A stretch of DNA of 63,674 nt, the filler included, from Licmophora abbreviata (lineage: Eukaryota), in the NCBI GenBank assembly GCA_900291995.1. It is 13 parts of 13 records of this genome, joined end to end, with 100 filler letters (N's around TTAATTAATTAA, not from the genome) between each part and the next. Parts side by side here need not be neighbours in the genome. Positions count along the whole stretch, not along the records: positions 1 to 12,617 come from OLMU01002839.1; positions 12,718 to 15,775 come from OLMU01002842.1; positions 15,876 to 20,371 come from OLMU01002843.1; positions 20,472 to 24,012 come from OLMU01002845.1; 9 more parts are not named here. The stretch is one strand, 5' to 3'. Made by a program: the position numbers and the translations under genes. How positions within the stretch are numbered: position 1 is the stretch's first letter; each line of letters starts with the position of its first letter. Positions 11,489 to 21,725 of this stretch are shown in pieces. The notes below the pieces were generated by a model that saw nothing but the letters and a program-made list of their open reading frames with translations, did not search any database and was not told the DNA's origin.

Positions 11489-12593
11489 TCATGTCTTTGC
11501 CCCTTGCGCCAAGTCCTGGACCATATCGGCCAGTTTCTGCGGTGCATCGACCATCGCCACACCCAGAGCCGCGCGCGCCATCTGCTCGGCTCCTTGAGGA
11601 TTCGTCAGGACGCTGGCTATCTGCTCCGAAAGCGTTTCGACCGCAAGTTTCGATTCCGGAATGACGATGGCAGCCCCCGCCTGGGAAAGCCCCTTGGCGT
11701 TGGCGCTTTGGTGATCCTCGGCGGCCGCGGCATAGGGGATCAGAATCGCAGGACGCCCGATCACACTGATATCGGCTACGCTCGAGGCCCCTGCACGGCT
11801 GATGACCAATTGCGCCTCGCTCATGCGGCGCGGCACATCCCGAAAGAAGGCCGCCACATCGGCATCAATACCATGCCCGGCGTAAAATTCCGCCACCCGC
11901 GCGCCGTCTTCTTCGCGCGCCTGATGGCTGACCCGGATATTGCGCCGCAGCGCATCGGGCAGCGCCGCGATCGCCTCGGGCACCACATCACTGAGGATGC
12001 GCGCCCCCTGACTGCCGCCGATCACCAGCACCGACATCGGATAATCGCCCGGCGGAATATAGCCCGCCGCCTGCCGCTCCAGCACCGCCGCGCGCACGGG
12101 GTTGCCGACATGCACGCCCTCGAGGCCTTGGGGCAAGGCGGTGGGCCATGTCCCGCAGGCCACCCGGTCGACCTTTTTGGCAAACAGCCGATTGACCCGG
12201 CCCAGAACACCGTTCTGCTCATGCACCATGCGCGGTACCCTCAGCAGCCATGCCGCCCCGAGCGCCGGAATGGTCGGGTAACCGCCGAAGCCCACCACCA
12301 CGTCGGGCTTTTCGCGCAGCATCCTGAGGCTTGCCCCCAATACGCCACCGAGAATATGGGCCGGCGCCAGAAGCTTGTTGATCACCCCGCCGCGCGCGAA
12401 GGTGGCGCTGGACACCTGCTCGATCTCGACCGAATGGGGAAACCCCCCGGTATAGCGCGCCCCGCGCGCATCCGTGCTCAGCTTGACCCGCCAGCCGCGC
12501 CGCAGCATCACTTCGGCCAGCGCCTGTGCGGGAAACATATGCCCCCCCGGTGCCACCTGCGGCGATCACCAGCAATGGCCGCCTGTCCGTCAC
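11489..12593 (-). CDS. murG: MurG glycosyltransferase (apparent +1 frameshift in C7 run at 12542-12548)
   Basis: N-terminal IAAGGTGG lies in one frame and HMFPA...HEQN...GNPVR...GGSQGA in another; removing one base from the homopolymer restores GGTGGH. Confidence 0.95.
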
Positions 12594-12617
12594 GCCCACA
12601 CCTCGCCCCGATGGATG

Positions 12618-12717
12618 NNNNNNNNNNNNNNNNNNNNNNNNNNNNNNNNNNNNNNNNNNNNTTAATTAATTAANNNNNNNNNNNNNNNNNNNNNNNNNNN
12701 NNNNNNNNNNNNNNNNN
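12618..12717. other. Artificial scaffold gap linker (first of 12)
   Basis: N44-TTAATTAATTAA-N44 with stops in all six frames; also at 15776, 20372, 24013, 25523, 31074, 33479, 36500, 44080, 47885, 59873 and 62156 (100 nt each). Confidence 0.99.
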
Positions 12718-12769
12718 AGGCGCGCCCGCCGGTGGCGCGTGCGGCCTCGGCTGCGGTCCAGAGCGTCAT
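12718..12769 (-). CDS. murF: MurF N-terminal fragment (rest lost in gap)
   Basis: MTLWTAAEAARATGGRA starts in an ATGA overlap with the murE stop; expected dcw order. Confidence 0.8.
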
Positions 12770-14271
12770 GCCAGCCCCCCATCCAGCGCCGAGACCGCGA
12801 CGCTGGCCTGTTCGCAATCATCGAAGGGAAAGACATCGTCGCCGACGACCTGCCCGGTTTCATGGCCCTTGCCGCAGATCAGCAGCGCATCCCCCGGCCC
12901 CAGCATGTCGACGCCGCGCAAGATCGCCTCGGCGCGGTCGCCCACATCGGTCGCCCAATCGGCGCCGCCCGCGTCGCGCACGCCGGCCATGACGGCGGCG
13001 CGGATCGCGGCGGGGTCTTCGCTGCGCGGGTTGTCGTCGGTCACGAGGACCAGATCGGCGTTTTGCGCGGCAGCGGCCCCCATCAACGGGCGCTTGGCGG
13101 TGTCGCGGTCGCCGCCTGCGCCGATGATCGCCACAAGACGGCCCATCACATGCGGGCGCAGGGCGCTCAGGGCGGTGGAAATCGCATCCGGCGTATGGGC
13201 GTAGTCCACGAATACCGCCGCCCCGTTGCGGCGGGTGGCCGCGAGTTGCATCCGGCCACGCACGGTTTTCATATGGCGCAGGGTGTCGAACACCCGATCC
13301 GGGTCAGAGCCGGCGGCAATCACGAGGCCTGCAGCGAGCGCCACGTTTTCCCCCTGAAACCCGCCCATGAGGTTGAGCCGGATCTGATGGGCGCGGCCCT
13401 TCCATTCAAAGCGCAGATCCTGCCCGGTGGGGGCGAAACGCTGTGCCTGAATGTGCAGATCGCTGCCCGGCTTGCGCCCGACGGTGATGAGATCCTGCCC
13501 TCGGGCACGGGCGATCTCGGCCATGGCGGGGCCTTTGGGGTCGTCGATATTGATGACGGCAATGCCGTCTTCGGGCAGGACACGGGCAAAGAGCCCGGCC
13601 TTGGCGGCGAAATATTCGTCAAACGTGGCGTGATAGTCGAGGTGGTCCTGACTGAAATTGCTGAACCCCGCCGCGACCAGCCGCACCCCGTCCAGCCGGC
13701 GCTGTTCCAGCCCGTGCGATGACGCCTCCATCGCGGCATGGGTGACGCCTGCGGCGTCGCACTCGGCCAGAACGCGGTGCAAGGTGATCGGCTCGGGCGT
13801 CGTGTGGGCCAAGGGCGCCTCATAGGCGCCTTCGACGCCGGTGGTGCCGATATTGACCGCGTCGTATCCCAGCTCACTCCAGATCTGCCGGCAGAAGCTG
13901 GCGACCGAGGTCTTGCCGTTGGTGCCGGTCACGCCGATCATCACCTCGGGCTGCGCCCCGAACCACAGCGCGGCGGTATAGGCCAGGGTCTGGCGGGGGT
14001 CTTCGGCAACGATCAGAGCGGCGTCGCTTTCAGCCAGCACATCGGCGGCGATCCGCGCGCCTTGTGTATCGGTCAGGATCGCAGCGGCCCCCATGCGCAA
14101 GGCATACTGGATGAACTCCGCGCCGTGCACGCGGGTGCCGGGAAGCGCCGCGAAGAGCGTGCCGTCGCGCACCTGCCGGCTGTCCACGGCAAGCCCGGTG
14201 ATGTCGGCGCGCCGCCCGCCCTGAGCGGTCAGGCCAAGATCCGTCAGTGATTTGCGCTGCCCCGCCACCAT
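12766..14271 (-). CDS. murE: UDP-MurNAc-dipeptide--meso-DAP ligase
   Basis: GVTGTNGKTS, MEASSHGL, DYAHTPDA, DNPR (DAP specificity), GKGHE. Confidence 0.98.
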   Translation of the reverse strand: MVAGQRKSLTDLGLTAQGGRRADITGLAVDSRQVRDGTLFAALPGTRVHGAEFIQYALRMGAAAILTDTQGARIAADVLAESDAALIVAEDPRQTLAYTAALWFGAQPEVMIGVTGTNGKTSVASFCRQIWSELGYDAVNIGTTGVEGAYEAPLAHTTPEPITLHRVLAECDAAGVTHAAMEASSHGLEQRRLDGVRLVAAGFSNFSQDHLDYHATFDEYFAAKAGLFARVLPEDGIAVINIDDPKGPAMAEIARARGQDLITVGRKPGSDLHIQAQRFAPTGQDLRFEWKGRAHQIRLNLMGGFQGENVALAAGLVIAAGSDPDRVFDTLRHMKTVRGRMQLAATRRNGAAVFVDYAHTPDAISTALSALRPHVMGRLVAIIGAGGDRDTAKRPLMGAAAAQNADLVLVTDDNPRSEDPAAIRAAVMAGVRDAGGADWATDVGDRAEAILRGVDMLGPGDALLICGKGHETGQVVGDDVFPFDDCEQASVAVSALDGGLA

Positions 14272-14289
14272 GTCGCCCCGCGTTCTGGC

Positions 14290-16179
14290 CTAATTCGATG
14301 TGAGCGTTATACCAGCCAGTTCGCCGGGTTCAATCTGCGGTCTGAGCCCCAGAAGAGGGGCCACACGGCGGATGATTTCAGCCGCGACAGGCACGGCTGT
14401 CCAGCCTGCGGTGCGACGCGGCTCGTCGCCCGAGGTCTCGACGGGTTCGTCCAGCGTGACCACGAGGACATATTCCGGGTCATGCGCCGGAAAGACGCTT
14501 GCAAACGTGGAGAGCACCTTGTCTTCGTAATAGCCGCCGCCGCGCGCCTTGGGCTTGTCGGCGGTGCCGGTCTTGCCGCCCACCGCATAGCCGGGCACTT
14601 CGCCGAAGCTGGCGGTGCCTTCGGTGACCACCTTGCGCAGCATGTCCATCGAGACGCGCGCGGTCTGCTCCGAGATGACCTGCGGGCCGGGTTCGGTCGT
14701 GGCCCCGTGCAACAGCGTCGGGGTGACCTTGCGCCCGCCATTGGCCAGCGTCGCATAACCCGCCGCCAGATGCATGGGGCTGGTCGAGATGCCGTGGCCG
14801 TAGGAAATCGTCATGGTCGAAAGTTCGGACCAGTTGCGCGGCAAAAGCGGCTGCGCGCCATCGGCCTCGACGATCTCGACCGGGGGCGGATCGAGAAAGC
14901 CGAGCTCCTTGAGGAACGCCTTCTGACGCTCGCCGCCGATCAGCTGGGCGATCCGGGCGGTGCCGATATTGGAGGATTTCACGATCACCTTGGTGACGCT
15001 CATTTCGTTGCCGTAATTCCGGAAATCGCTGATCCGGTGCTTGCCCCAGCGAAGCGGGCCCTTGGTGTCGATGATGGTGTTCGGGTTGACGAGCCCCATA
15101 TCGAGCGCCTGCGCCACGGTGAAGATCTTGAGCGTCGAGCCCAGCTCGTAGACGCCCTGCACCGCGCGGTTGAACAGCGGGCTGTCGGTCGGATCGCCTT
15201 CGGTGGGCGGGCGGGGTCGGTCGTTGGGGTCGAAATCGGGCAGCGAGGCCACGGCGACGATTTCGCCGGTCTTGACCTCCATCAGGATCGCCGTGGCGCC
15301 CTTGGCGTTCATCAGCTTCATGCCGCCGTAAAGCACACGTTCGATCGCCGCTTGCACCGACAGATCGAGGGACAGCCGCAGTGGTTCGTGGCTCTGGGCC
15401 GGATCGCGCAGACGGGCGTCGAATTCTTTTTCGATGCCCGCCACGCCGATGACTTCGGCGGCATGCACGCCTTCACGCCCGAAACTGGCGCCACCCAGAA
15501 CATGCGAGGCCAGCCGCCCGTTGGGATAAAGCCGCATCTCGCGCGGGCCGAACAAAAGGCCCGGCTCGCCGATATCATGCACGGCCTGCTTCTGTTCGGG
15601 ACTGATTTTTCGCTTGATCCACAAGAACTTGCGCGTGCCGGTGAAGTCCTTGACCAGCCTTTCGCGATCCAGATCGGGGAAGATGCGCACCAGCTCGTCG
15701 GCGGCGCGCTCGGGATCGACGAGTTGCTCGGGTTGGGCATAAAGGCTGTGGGTTTCGAAATTGGTGGCCAGGATANNNNNNNNNNNNNNNNNNNNNNNNN
15801 NNNNNNNNNNNNNNNNNNNTTAATTAATTAANNNNNNNNNNNNNNNNNNNNNNNNNNNNNNNNNNNNNNNNNNNNGGATACGCCCCTGGCGGTCGACGAT
15901 ATCGGCCCGCTGCGCGACGATCTGCGCCCCCGCGACCGAGCTGCGCGGCTCGGTCGGTTCGCTATTGGCCAGAACGCCCATCCGCCCGCCGATCAGGACG
16001 AAGGACAAGGTGAACATGATACCCAGCACGAAAAGCCGCCCCTCGGCGCGCTTGCGCGCGCGGTCGCGCATCTGTTCATGACGGATGCGGATATTCTCGC
16101 GCTCGATCGCGTCGGGGTTTTCCCCGTTGGAGCGGGCCTCCAGAATGCGGGCGAGCGGACGAAGCGGCGTGCGGATCAT
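14290..16179 (-). CDS. ftsI: Peptidoglycan D,D-transpeptidase FtsI/PBP3 (split by gap linker)
   Basis: RADIVDRQGRI joins LATN across the gap (contig ends overlap by GGATA); STLK, SSN and KTGT catalytic motifs. Confidence 0.96.
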
Positions 16180-16523
16180 GGGCGGGCCTCGGTTTCGGAG
16201 ACTTCGATCGGGTCAAGGATCGGCAGCAGGGTGTCCTCGGGAGGGAAGGCCACCTGATCGATCCGACCGAATTGATTGGGCTGCAGCGGCAAAAGACCCA
16301 GCCGGTCGAAATTGATGTCGGCCAGTTCGCGCAGACGGTCGGGCCGGTTGAGATAGGCCCATTCGGCATTGAGAACACGCAGGCGCTGGCGGGCATCGCT
16401 GATCTGGGTCTGCAGATCCTCGGCCTCGGACAGCGCCTCCTGGGTTTCGTAATTCTCGTGATAGGCCCAGAAGGCAAGGCCGATCACCGACAGTGCAGTC
16501 AGAATGAAATACAGGCTGCGCAT
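16176..16523 (-). CDS. ftsL: Cell division protein FtsL
   Basis: N-terminal TM, coiled coil, AEWAYLNRPDRL; between rsmH and ftsI. Confidence 0.9.
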   Translation of the reverse strand: MRSLYFILTALSVIGLAFWAYHENYETQEALSEAEDLQTQISDARQRLRVLNAEWAYLNRPDRLRELADINFDRLGLLPLQPNQFGRIDQVAFPPEDTLLPILDPIEVSETEARP

Positions 16524-17518
16524 CAACGTTTCCCCTTGAGCAATGGCATCCCGATAGCTTTGCGATCAGCGGGCGTGGCCGCCGCGTCGGTGCGTATGGC
16601 GACCCGCAGCTTGGCGCTGCGCGAGCGCGGATTTTCAGCCAGTTCGGTCTTGTCCGGGCCAATGGCCTTGCGCTGAGTGACATCGAATTCGGCTGGTTCT
16701 GGGCGCATCGCGGGCGCGTGGCGGCTGCCACCTCCGCCGCCTGCCGATTTGGCCTGAAGGAAGCGCTTGACCATCCGGTCCTCGATCGAATGAAAAGTGA
16801 CCACCGCAAGCCTGCCGCCGGGTTTGAGCGCGCGTTCGGCCGCTTCCAGCCCGGCGACCAGTTCGCCGAATTCATCGTTCACCGCGATGCGCAATGCCTG
16901 AAAGCTGCGGGTGGCGGGATGGACCTGCCCGGGCTTGGGCCGCGGCAGGCAGGATTCGATGATCCGCGCCAGATGCAGCGTGGTGTCGATATCACCCGAG
17001 GCACGCTCGCGCAGGATGGCCCGCGCGATCCGGCGGCTGGCGCGCTCTTCACCATAAAGATAAAGGATATCGGCCAATTCGCTCTCATCGGCGGTATTGA
17101 CCAGATCGGCGGCGGTCGGGCCTTGCTGGCTCATGCGCATATCGAGCGGGCCGTCCTTCATGAAGGAAAACCCGCGCTCGGCGCGATCCAGCTGCATCGA
17201 CGAGACGCCCAGATCCAGCACCACGCCGTCCACGGCTTCGGCATGAGCATCCATGTTGGAAAAAATATCCTGCACCAGCACGAGCCGGTCGCCATAGGCC
17301 GCGCCCCAAAGCTCGGCCATTTCAAGTGCGAGCGGATCGCGGTCCACGCCGATCACGGTTTGCGCCCCGGCCTCGAGCAGGCCGCGCGTGTAGCCCCCTG
17401 CGCCGAGCGTGCCGTCGATCCAGACGCCCTCGACCGGGGCCACCGCCTCGAGAAGCGGGCGCAACAGAACGGGGATATGCGGGGCGGAAGGATTGGGGGC
17501 TTGGGCAGCGGCAGCCAT
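16523..17518 (-). CDS. rsmH: 16S rRNA m4C1402 methyltransferase
   Basis: [41 protein letters not shown]. Confidence 0.98.
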   Translation of the reverse strand: MAAAAQAPNPSAPHIPVLLRPLLEAVAPVEGVWIDGTLGAGGYTRGLLEAGAQTVIGVDRDPLALEMAELWGAAYGDRLVLVQDIFSNMDAHAEAVDGVVLDLGVSSMQLDRAERGFSFMKDGPLDMRMSQQGPTAADLVNTADESELADILYLYGEERASRRIARAILRERASGDIDTTLHLARIIESCLPRPKPGQVHPATRSFQALRIAVNDEFGELVAGLEAAERALKPGGRLAVVTFHSIEDRMVKRFLQAKSAGGGGGSRHAPAMRPEPAEFDVTQRKAIGPDKTELAENPRSRSAKLRVAIRTDAAATPADRKAIGMPLLKGKR

Positions 17519-17521
17519 CCG

Positions 17522-18025
17522 TCACGCCCCTTGCGGACCGTCCAGGAAGGACAGCGGATCGACATCCTCGGGCAGCTCTTCGAGCCATTGCTCGGTGCGC
17601 GCCAGTTCTTCGGATTCGTAGGTCTCGGGCTTCCAGATCTGGAACGTGTCGCCCGCGGCGATGAAAAACGCCTCGGCATCGAGCGCGATCTTCTGGCGCA
17701 GCTTGGCGGGCAGCACGAGCCGGCCCGTCTCATCGACATTGGTGGGATAGGACTGCCCGTGGAAAAGACGCTGCAGCATCCTGCGCTCCATCGAGCCGCG
17801 CGGCAGCGCGTCGATCTTGGCGTCCACCTCAGCGATCGCCTCCATCGTGTAGCATTCAAGGTAATTGCGGCGATGATCGCCATAGACGATGACCAGCTCG
17901 GGGTTCAGTCCTTCGGTCCAGTTGGGGTCGGACGCTTCGAGCACACGGCGAAACGAGGCCGGGATCGACACCCTGCCCTTGCTGTCCACCTTGTGCTGGC
18001 TCTCGCCTCTGAACCTGCGAACCAC
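17522..18025 (-). CDS. mraZ: Transcriptional regulator MraZ
   Basis: Two DxxGR repeats (DSKGRV, DETGRL); first gene of the dcw cluster. Confidence 0.97.
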   Translation of the reverse strand: MVRRFRGESQHKVDSKGRVSIPASFRRVLEASDPNWTEGLNPELVIVYGDHRRNYLECYTMEAIAEVDAKIDALPRGSMERRMLQRLFHGQSYPTNVDETGRLVLPAKLRQKIALDAEAFFIAAGDTFQIWKPETYESEELARTEQWLEELPEDVDPLSFLDGPQGA

Positions 18026-18084
18026 TGTCCCGTCCGCCTCTCTGATGCCCCCCGAAATATCTTGCCCGGGTCTTCAAGCCCCCT

Positions 18085-18128
18085 GAAACGAAACGACGGA
18101 TTGAGCTGCTGCCACTGCCCAATCCGCC
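18085..18128 (-). terminator. Leader-internal terminator upstream of mraZ
   Basis: GGCGGATTGGGC / GCTCAATCCGTC 12-bp stem (2 GU pairs) followed by GTTTCGTTTC. Confidence 0.75.
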
Positions 18129-18299
18129 GCCCTCGTCCCGCTGTGCGGGGTGTCCGACTGCGCGCGCCACCTGGGGGGATGTCTGCTCGCCCGCGCGCCG
18201 GATCTCGTGTTTCGATGAAAGCGGGGCCTGTATGAAACCTGACTTGGGATTTTTTGTTCGGGGTCTTTTGTGCGCCCCTGTTTTCCCGTCCTCATCGTG
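18085..18299 (-). ncRNA. UpsM-like sRNA / long 5' leader of mraZ
   Basis: About 270-nt leader between a predicted promoter and mraZ, with an internal intrinsic terminator; same architecture as the Rhodobacter sphaeroides UpsM leader (positional inference; ends approximate). Confidence 0.65.
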
Positions 18300-18304
18300 G
18301 GTTA

Positions 18305-18334
18305 AGGGATGCCATGGGAATTCATGGAAATCAA
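18305..18334 (-). promoter_or_regulatory. Predicted dcw promoter overlapped by MraZ-type boxes
   Basis: Minus strand TTGATT-N17-CATCCC; plus strand AGGGA/TGGGA/TGGAA at a 10-nt period (18305, 18315, 18325), resembling TGGGN MraZ repeats. Confidence 0.55.
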
Positions 18335-18355
18335 TAACTTTTTGAGGGAAAAAGG

Positions 18356-18399
18356 CACATCATCTTGAGTGAGCACCCTGCCCCACTCAAGATGATGTG
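18356..18399. repeat. Perfect 16-bp inverted repeat
   Basis: CACATCATCTTGAGTG (18356-18371) and CACTCAAGATGATGTG (18384-18399). Confidence 0.9.
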
Positions 18400-18710
18400 T
18401 CTATTTCGAGGGTTTAAACGCATAACCTAGCTATTCGGAAGCCAATTTACACTAAATGTGGTAGACTGGCTTGTGTTGAAATTTTTCCCACGATTTCCCG
18501 GAGTTTCCGAAATATTTTGCAATCAGGCCCCAATTGACGCCGGATTGCACCGTAAATCAAACGCGCTTCACGCTGCAAATGCCCGTGATTCGGCGTTTAC
18601 CCAAGGCTCTCCCGTGATTTCCCGCAGATCAGGCCCATGGTTTCCCATGGCCCGTCATCTCCCATCCCGGCCCGGATCAGAGGCAACAGCGCATGTGGTC
18701 GCCGGCCCTG

Positions 18711-19229
18711 TCACGCCGGCTCGCCCTCATCCAGCCACTTGTACATGACCAGCGCATCGACGAAACCGGCCTTGGGATGGGCAAACGCCCCCGGCAATCG
18801 GCCAATGGTGCGAAATCCCAGATTGTCCCACAGGCCGATCGCGGCGGTATTGGTCACGACCACCAGATTGAACTGCATCGCGAGATAGCCCAGTTTGCGC
18901 GCCTCGGACTGGGAATGCAGACACATGGCGCGCGCCACGCCGCGCCCGCGCGCCGCCTGAGCGGTCATGTAGCCGCAATTGCAGACATGCGCCCCACCCC
19001 CGGCCTGATTCGACTTGATGTAATAGGTGCCGACAAGCTCGCCATCATGTTCGGCCACATAGCAAGCGCGCGGCTGCCGGATCCACAGGTCCAGCGCGCG
19101 CTCGCGTGTCAGGCCGGGATCGATGGCATAGGTTTCGCCTGCGCGGATCACCCGGCGCAGGATCGGCCAGAGCGAATCCTCGTCGCTGTCGCGCACCGCG
19201 CGGATCACCAGACCGTCGCCATATGTCAC
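18711..19229 (-). CDS. GNAT-family N-acetyltransferase
   Basis: ARGRGVA acetyl-CoA motif, QFNLVVVTNTAA..LW..LGF; GTG start at 19229 with GGAGGAG SD. Confidence 0.9.
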   Translation of the reverse strand: MTYGDGLVIRAVRDSDEDSLWPILRRVIRAGETYAIDPGLTRERALDLWIRQPRACYVAEHDGELVGTYYIKSNQAGGGAHVCNCGYMTAQAARGRGVARAMCLHSQSEARKLGYLAMQFNLVVVTNTAAIGLWDNLGFRTIGRLPGAFAHPKAGFVDALVMYKWLDEGEPA

Positions 19230-19338
19230 CGAAGGCTCCTCCCGGGCGGCTGCCCCGTCACGACCATATCCGGCAACCGCCAAAGAGCAAGCCGCGCCGG
19301 GCCCGGCACCGCCCTTGCAGGACCAGGCCGCTTTCCGC

Positions 19339-19755
19339 TCAGCCGCGCACCACGAACACCGAGACTTTGGCGTGTTCGGCGATCTTGCCGCCATTCGAAG
19401 GCCAGACATAGTCGAGGATATTGGGCATATGGCTTTGCATCACGACGATATCGGCGCCCGTGTCCCTGACCGCCTTGAGCAGCACATCATCCACATCCGT
19501 GGTCGGATCATGCGCGATCACCATGTCGGCACTTGCCTCGAAGCCATGCGCCTCGCTCTGGTCCTTGGCAAAAGCCTCGAGCTTTTTGCGGTATTCCTCG
19601 GGTGTGTGGGCGGTCGCGCTCGGGGTCGAGCTGGTCGCTCCCACGAACACGACCGATGCACCATAATGCTTGGCCAGATCGGCCGTCACGGCCAGGGCTT
19701 TTTGCAAATCGCCCTGATGGGACAGATCAACAGGTGTCATGATCTTCTTGAACAT
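19339..19755 (-). CDS. Universal stress protein (UspA family)
   Basis: MFKKIMTPVDL...ADIVVMQSH...AKVSVFVVR; AAAGGAGG SD. Confidence 0.92.
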   Translation of the reverse strand: MFKKIMTPVDLSHQGDLQKALAVTADLAKHYGASVVFVGATSSTPSATAHTPEEYRKKLEAFAKDQSEAHGFEASADMVIAHDPTTDVDDVLLKAVRDTGADIVVMQSHMPNILDYVWPSNGGKIAEHAKVSVFVVRG

Positions 19756-19958
19756 AAAATATCCTCCTTTCGCGCGGCTGCCGCTCGGGATGGGCCTGAA
19801 TATGGCCCGCAGCGCACCGCACCGACCGGGGGCCTGCGGCGGGTCCGCAGGATGCCCCTTACAGCAACGGTAACGCGGCCGCGGCCCGGAAATCAATCAA
19901 CCGCGCCGCAAGAGGCGCCGGAAACGGCAGGACCGCCCCCGGTGCCATCCATCCATCG

Positions 19959-20371
19959 TCAGGCGTTCACATCGACGACGACACGGCCTTTCACTTGCCC
20001 CTTAAGGATATCGCGCCCCAATTGCGGCAGATCCGACAGAGTCGCCGGCTGGACCATCGCCTCGAGCTTGGCCATCGGCAGATCGCTGGCGATCCGCTGC
20101 CAGGCCCGAAGGCGCGCATCATAGGGCTGCATCACGCTGTCGATCCCCAGAAGATTGACCCCACGCAGGATGAACGGCGTGATCAGCGCCCCCTCGATCG
20201 CCGCCCCACCCGCAAGACCCACCGCTGCGACGGAACAGCCGTATTTCATCTGCTTGAGCACCCGGCCCAGCATGGCCCCCGCCACCGCATCGACACAGCC
20301 GGCCCAAAGCTCGGACTCGAGCGGCTTGCGGGTCGCCTCGGCGAACTCCTCGCGCGCCACGATCTGCGTGG
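19959..20371 (-). CDS. acuI: Acryloyl-CoA reductase AcuI (YhdH family), 3' part; 5' end in gap
   Basis: WAGCVDAV, GLAGG, PFILRGVNLLGIDSV, GRVVVDV; downstream of dmdA as in Roseobacters. Confidence 0.92.
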
Positions 20372-20475
20372 NNNNNNNNNNNNNNNNNNNNNNNNNNNNN
20401 NNNNNNNNNNNNNNNTTAATTAATTAANNNNNNNNNNNNNNNNNNNNNNNNNNNNNNNNNNNNNNNNNNNNCCCT

Positions 20476-20530
20476 GCTTCTTCTGGCTTCAAATATCCCG
20501 GGGAGCGCGAGGGGCTGGCCCCTCGCTCCC
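20476..20530 (+). repeat. REP-like element, copy 1 (hairpin-tail type)
   Basis: GCTTCTTCTGGCTTCAAATATCCCGGGG followed by CGAGGGGC-TG-GCCCCTCG hairpin; at a contig end. Confidence 0.85.
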
Positions 20531-20547
20531 ACGCTTGCAACCGCCGC

Positions 20548-21657
20548 TCAGGCCCAGAAGGCCTCGCGCACCTCCGCCTCCCGAATCCCGTCAGGCGTCT
20601 GCACCTGCAGCCGCGTGCCCGCATCCCAATGGGTCATGCGCACCATGCCGATGGCCACGTTGATGCCGAAATCCGGGCTCCAGGCCGCCGAGCTGATCCG
20701 CCCCACCGGCTTGCCCTGTGCCAGAAGCGGCCACCAGTGATCGCAGGGCGGCACTTTCGGACCGTCGATCGCCACGGCGCGGATCTGCTGCACCGGGCCT
20801 TCCTTGGCCACCCGCAACAGCGCATCCCGTCCGATACATCCGATCGCCGTATGGGTGTTGCAGAACCGGCCAAGCCCGCATTCATGCGGTGTGTTGTCAT
20901 CCGTCATGTCATTGCCATAGCTCAGCAATCCGCCCTCGATCCGCTCGATCAGGTTCGGACAGCCAGCATGCACATCCATGCCCGCCCCCGCCTCCATCAG
21001 CGCATGCCACAAGGGCATCCCGATATCCGATCCCTCGATATAGATCTCGAAGCCGCCCTGCTTGGAATAGCCCGATCGCGCGATCACCATGTCGCGACCC
21101 TGGAAATCGAACACCCCAAAGCGGAAGAAGCGGATATCGCGCACCTTGTCACCAAAGACCGCCGCCATCAGATCATCGGCACGCGGCCCCTGCACCGCCA
21201 GCGGCGAGACGTCCGGCTCATCCACCAGCACATCCAGCCGCCAGCCATGCGCCGTGGCGCGCACCCAATAGAGCAGATCACTGTCGGCGATCGAGATCCA
21301 CCACCGATCCTCGGCCAGCTTGACGGCCACCGGATCGTTCAGCATGCCACCCGTCTCGTCGACGATCGGCACATAAAAACACTGCCCCGGCGTCATCCCC
21401 CGCAGATCGCGCGGCGTCAGCATCTGCATCAGCCGTCCGGCATCCGGCCCGCGCAGCTCGACCTGGCGCTCACAGGCCACGTCCCAGATCTGCACCGCCT
21501 CCTTGAGATGGCGGTAATCCTCTTCGATGCTGCGAAACACCGTCGGCAGCAGCATGTGGTTATAGACCGTATAGGCCTTCACGCCCGCCGCCTCGACCCC
21601 TTCGGAAAAGGGCGTGCGGCGCAACCTGCGCGACAGGGACAAAAGCGGCGCGGACAT
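20548..21657 (-). CDS. dmdA: DMSP demethylase
   Basis: GcvT fold with DmdA-type SRRLRRTPF, YTVYNHMLLP, WDVACERQV, RSGYSKQGGFEIY, GCPNLIERIE; adjacent to acuI and a FadR regulator. Confidence 0.93.
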   Translation of the reverse strand: MSAPLLSLSRRLRRTPFSEGVEAAGVKAYTVYNHMLLPTVFRSIEEDYRHLKEAVQIWDVACERQVELRGPDAGRLMQMLTPRDLRGMTPGQCFYVPIVDETGGMLNDPVAVKLAEDRWWISIADSDLLYWVRATAHGWRLDVLVDEPDVSPLAVQGPRADDLMAAVFGDKVRDIRFFRFGVFDFQGRDMVIARSGYSKQGGFEIYIEGSDIGMPLWHALMEAGAGMDVHAGCPNLIERIEGGLLSYGNDMTDDNTPHECGLGRFCNTHTAIGCIGRDALLRVAKEGPVQQIRAVAIDGPKVPPCDHWWPLLAQGKPVGRISSAAWSPDFGINVAIGMVRMTHWDAGTRLQVQTPDGIREAEVREAFWA

Positions 21658-21725
21658 CAGTCACTCTCCTTGGGCATGACGAACGGATCGCAAGACAGGC
21701 AGGGCCATCAGGCCCGGGCGGATCA

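Noticed and set aside
11489..12593. murG (and secG) as true pseudogenes or programmed frameshifts
   Set aside because: Essential or core genes broken by single bases at homopolymers in a draft assembly; sequencing error is far more likely
12662..12673. Recurrent TTAATTAATTAA (12 copies) as a repeat, CRISPR or CtrA array
   Set aside because: Always centred in N44...N44; an artificial six-frame-stop scaffold linker
12618..12717. Loss of ftsW, murD and mraY (and of soxGH after soxF)
   Set aside because: The missing genes coincide with assembly gaps; absence cannot be inferred
18074..18295. 73-aa ORF in the mraZ leader
   Set aside because: No SD, runs through the terminator hairpin, no recognisable protein features; the RNA-leader explanation fits better
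18026..18710. RNase P RNA (rnpB), often near mraZ in alphaproteobacteria
   Set aside because: I could not find the GAGGAAAGTCC hallmark on either strand
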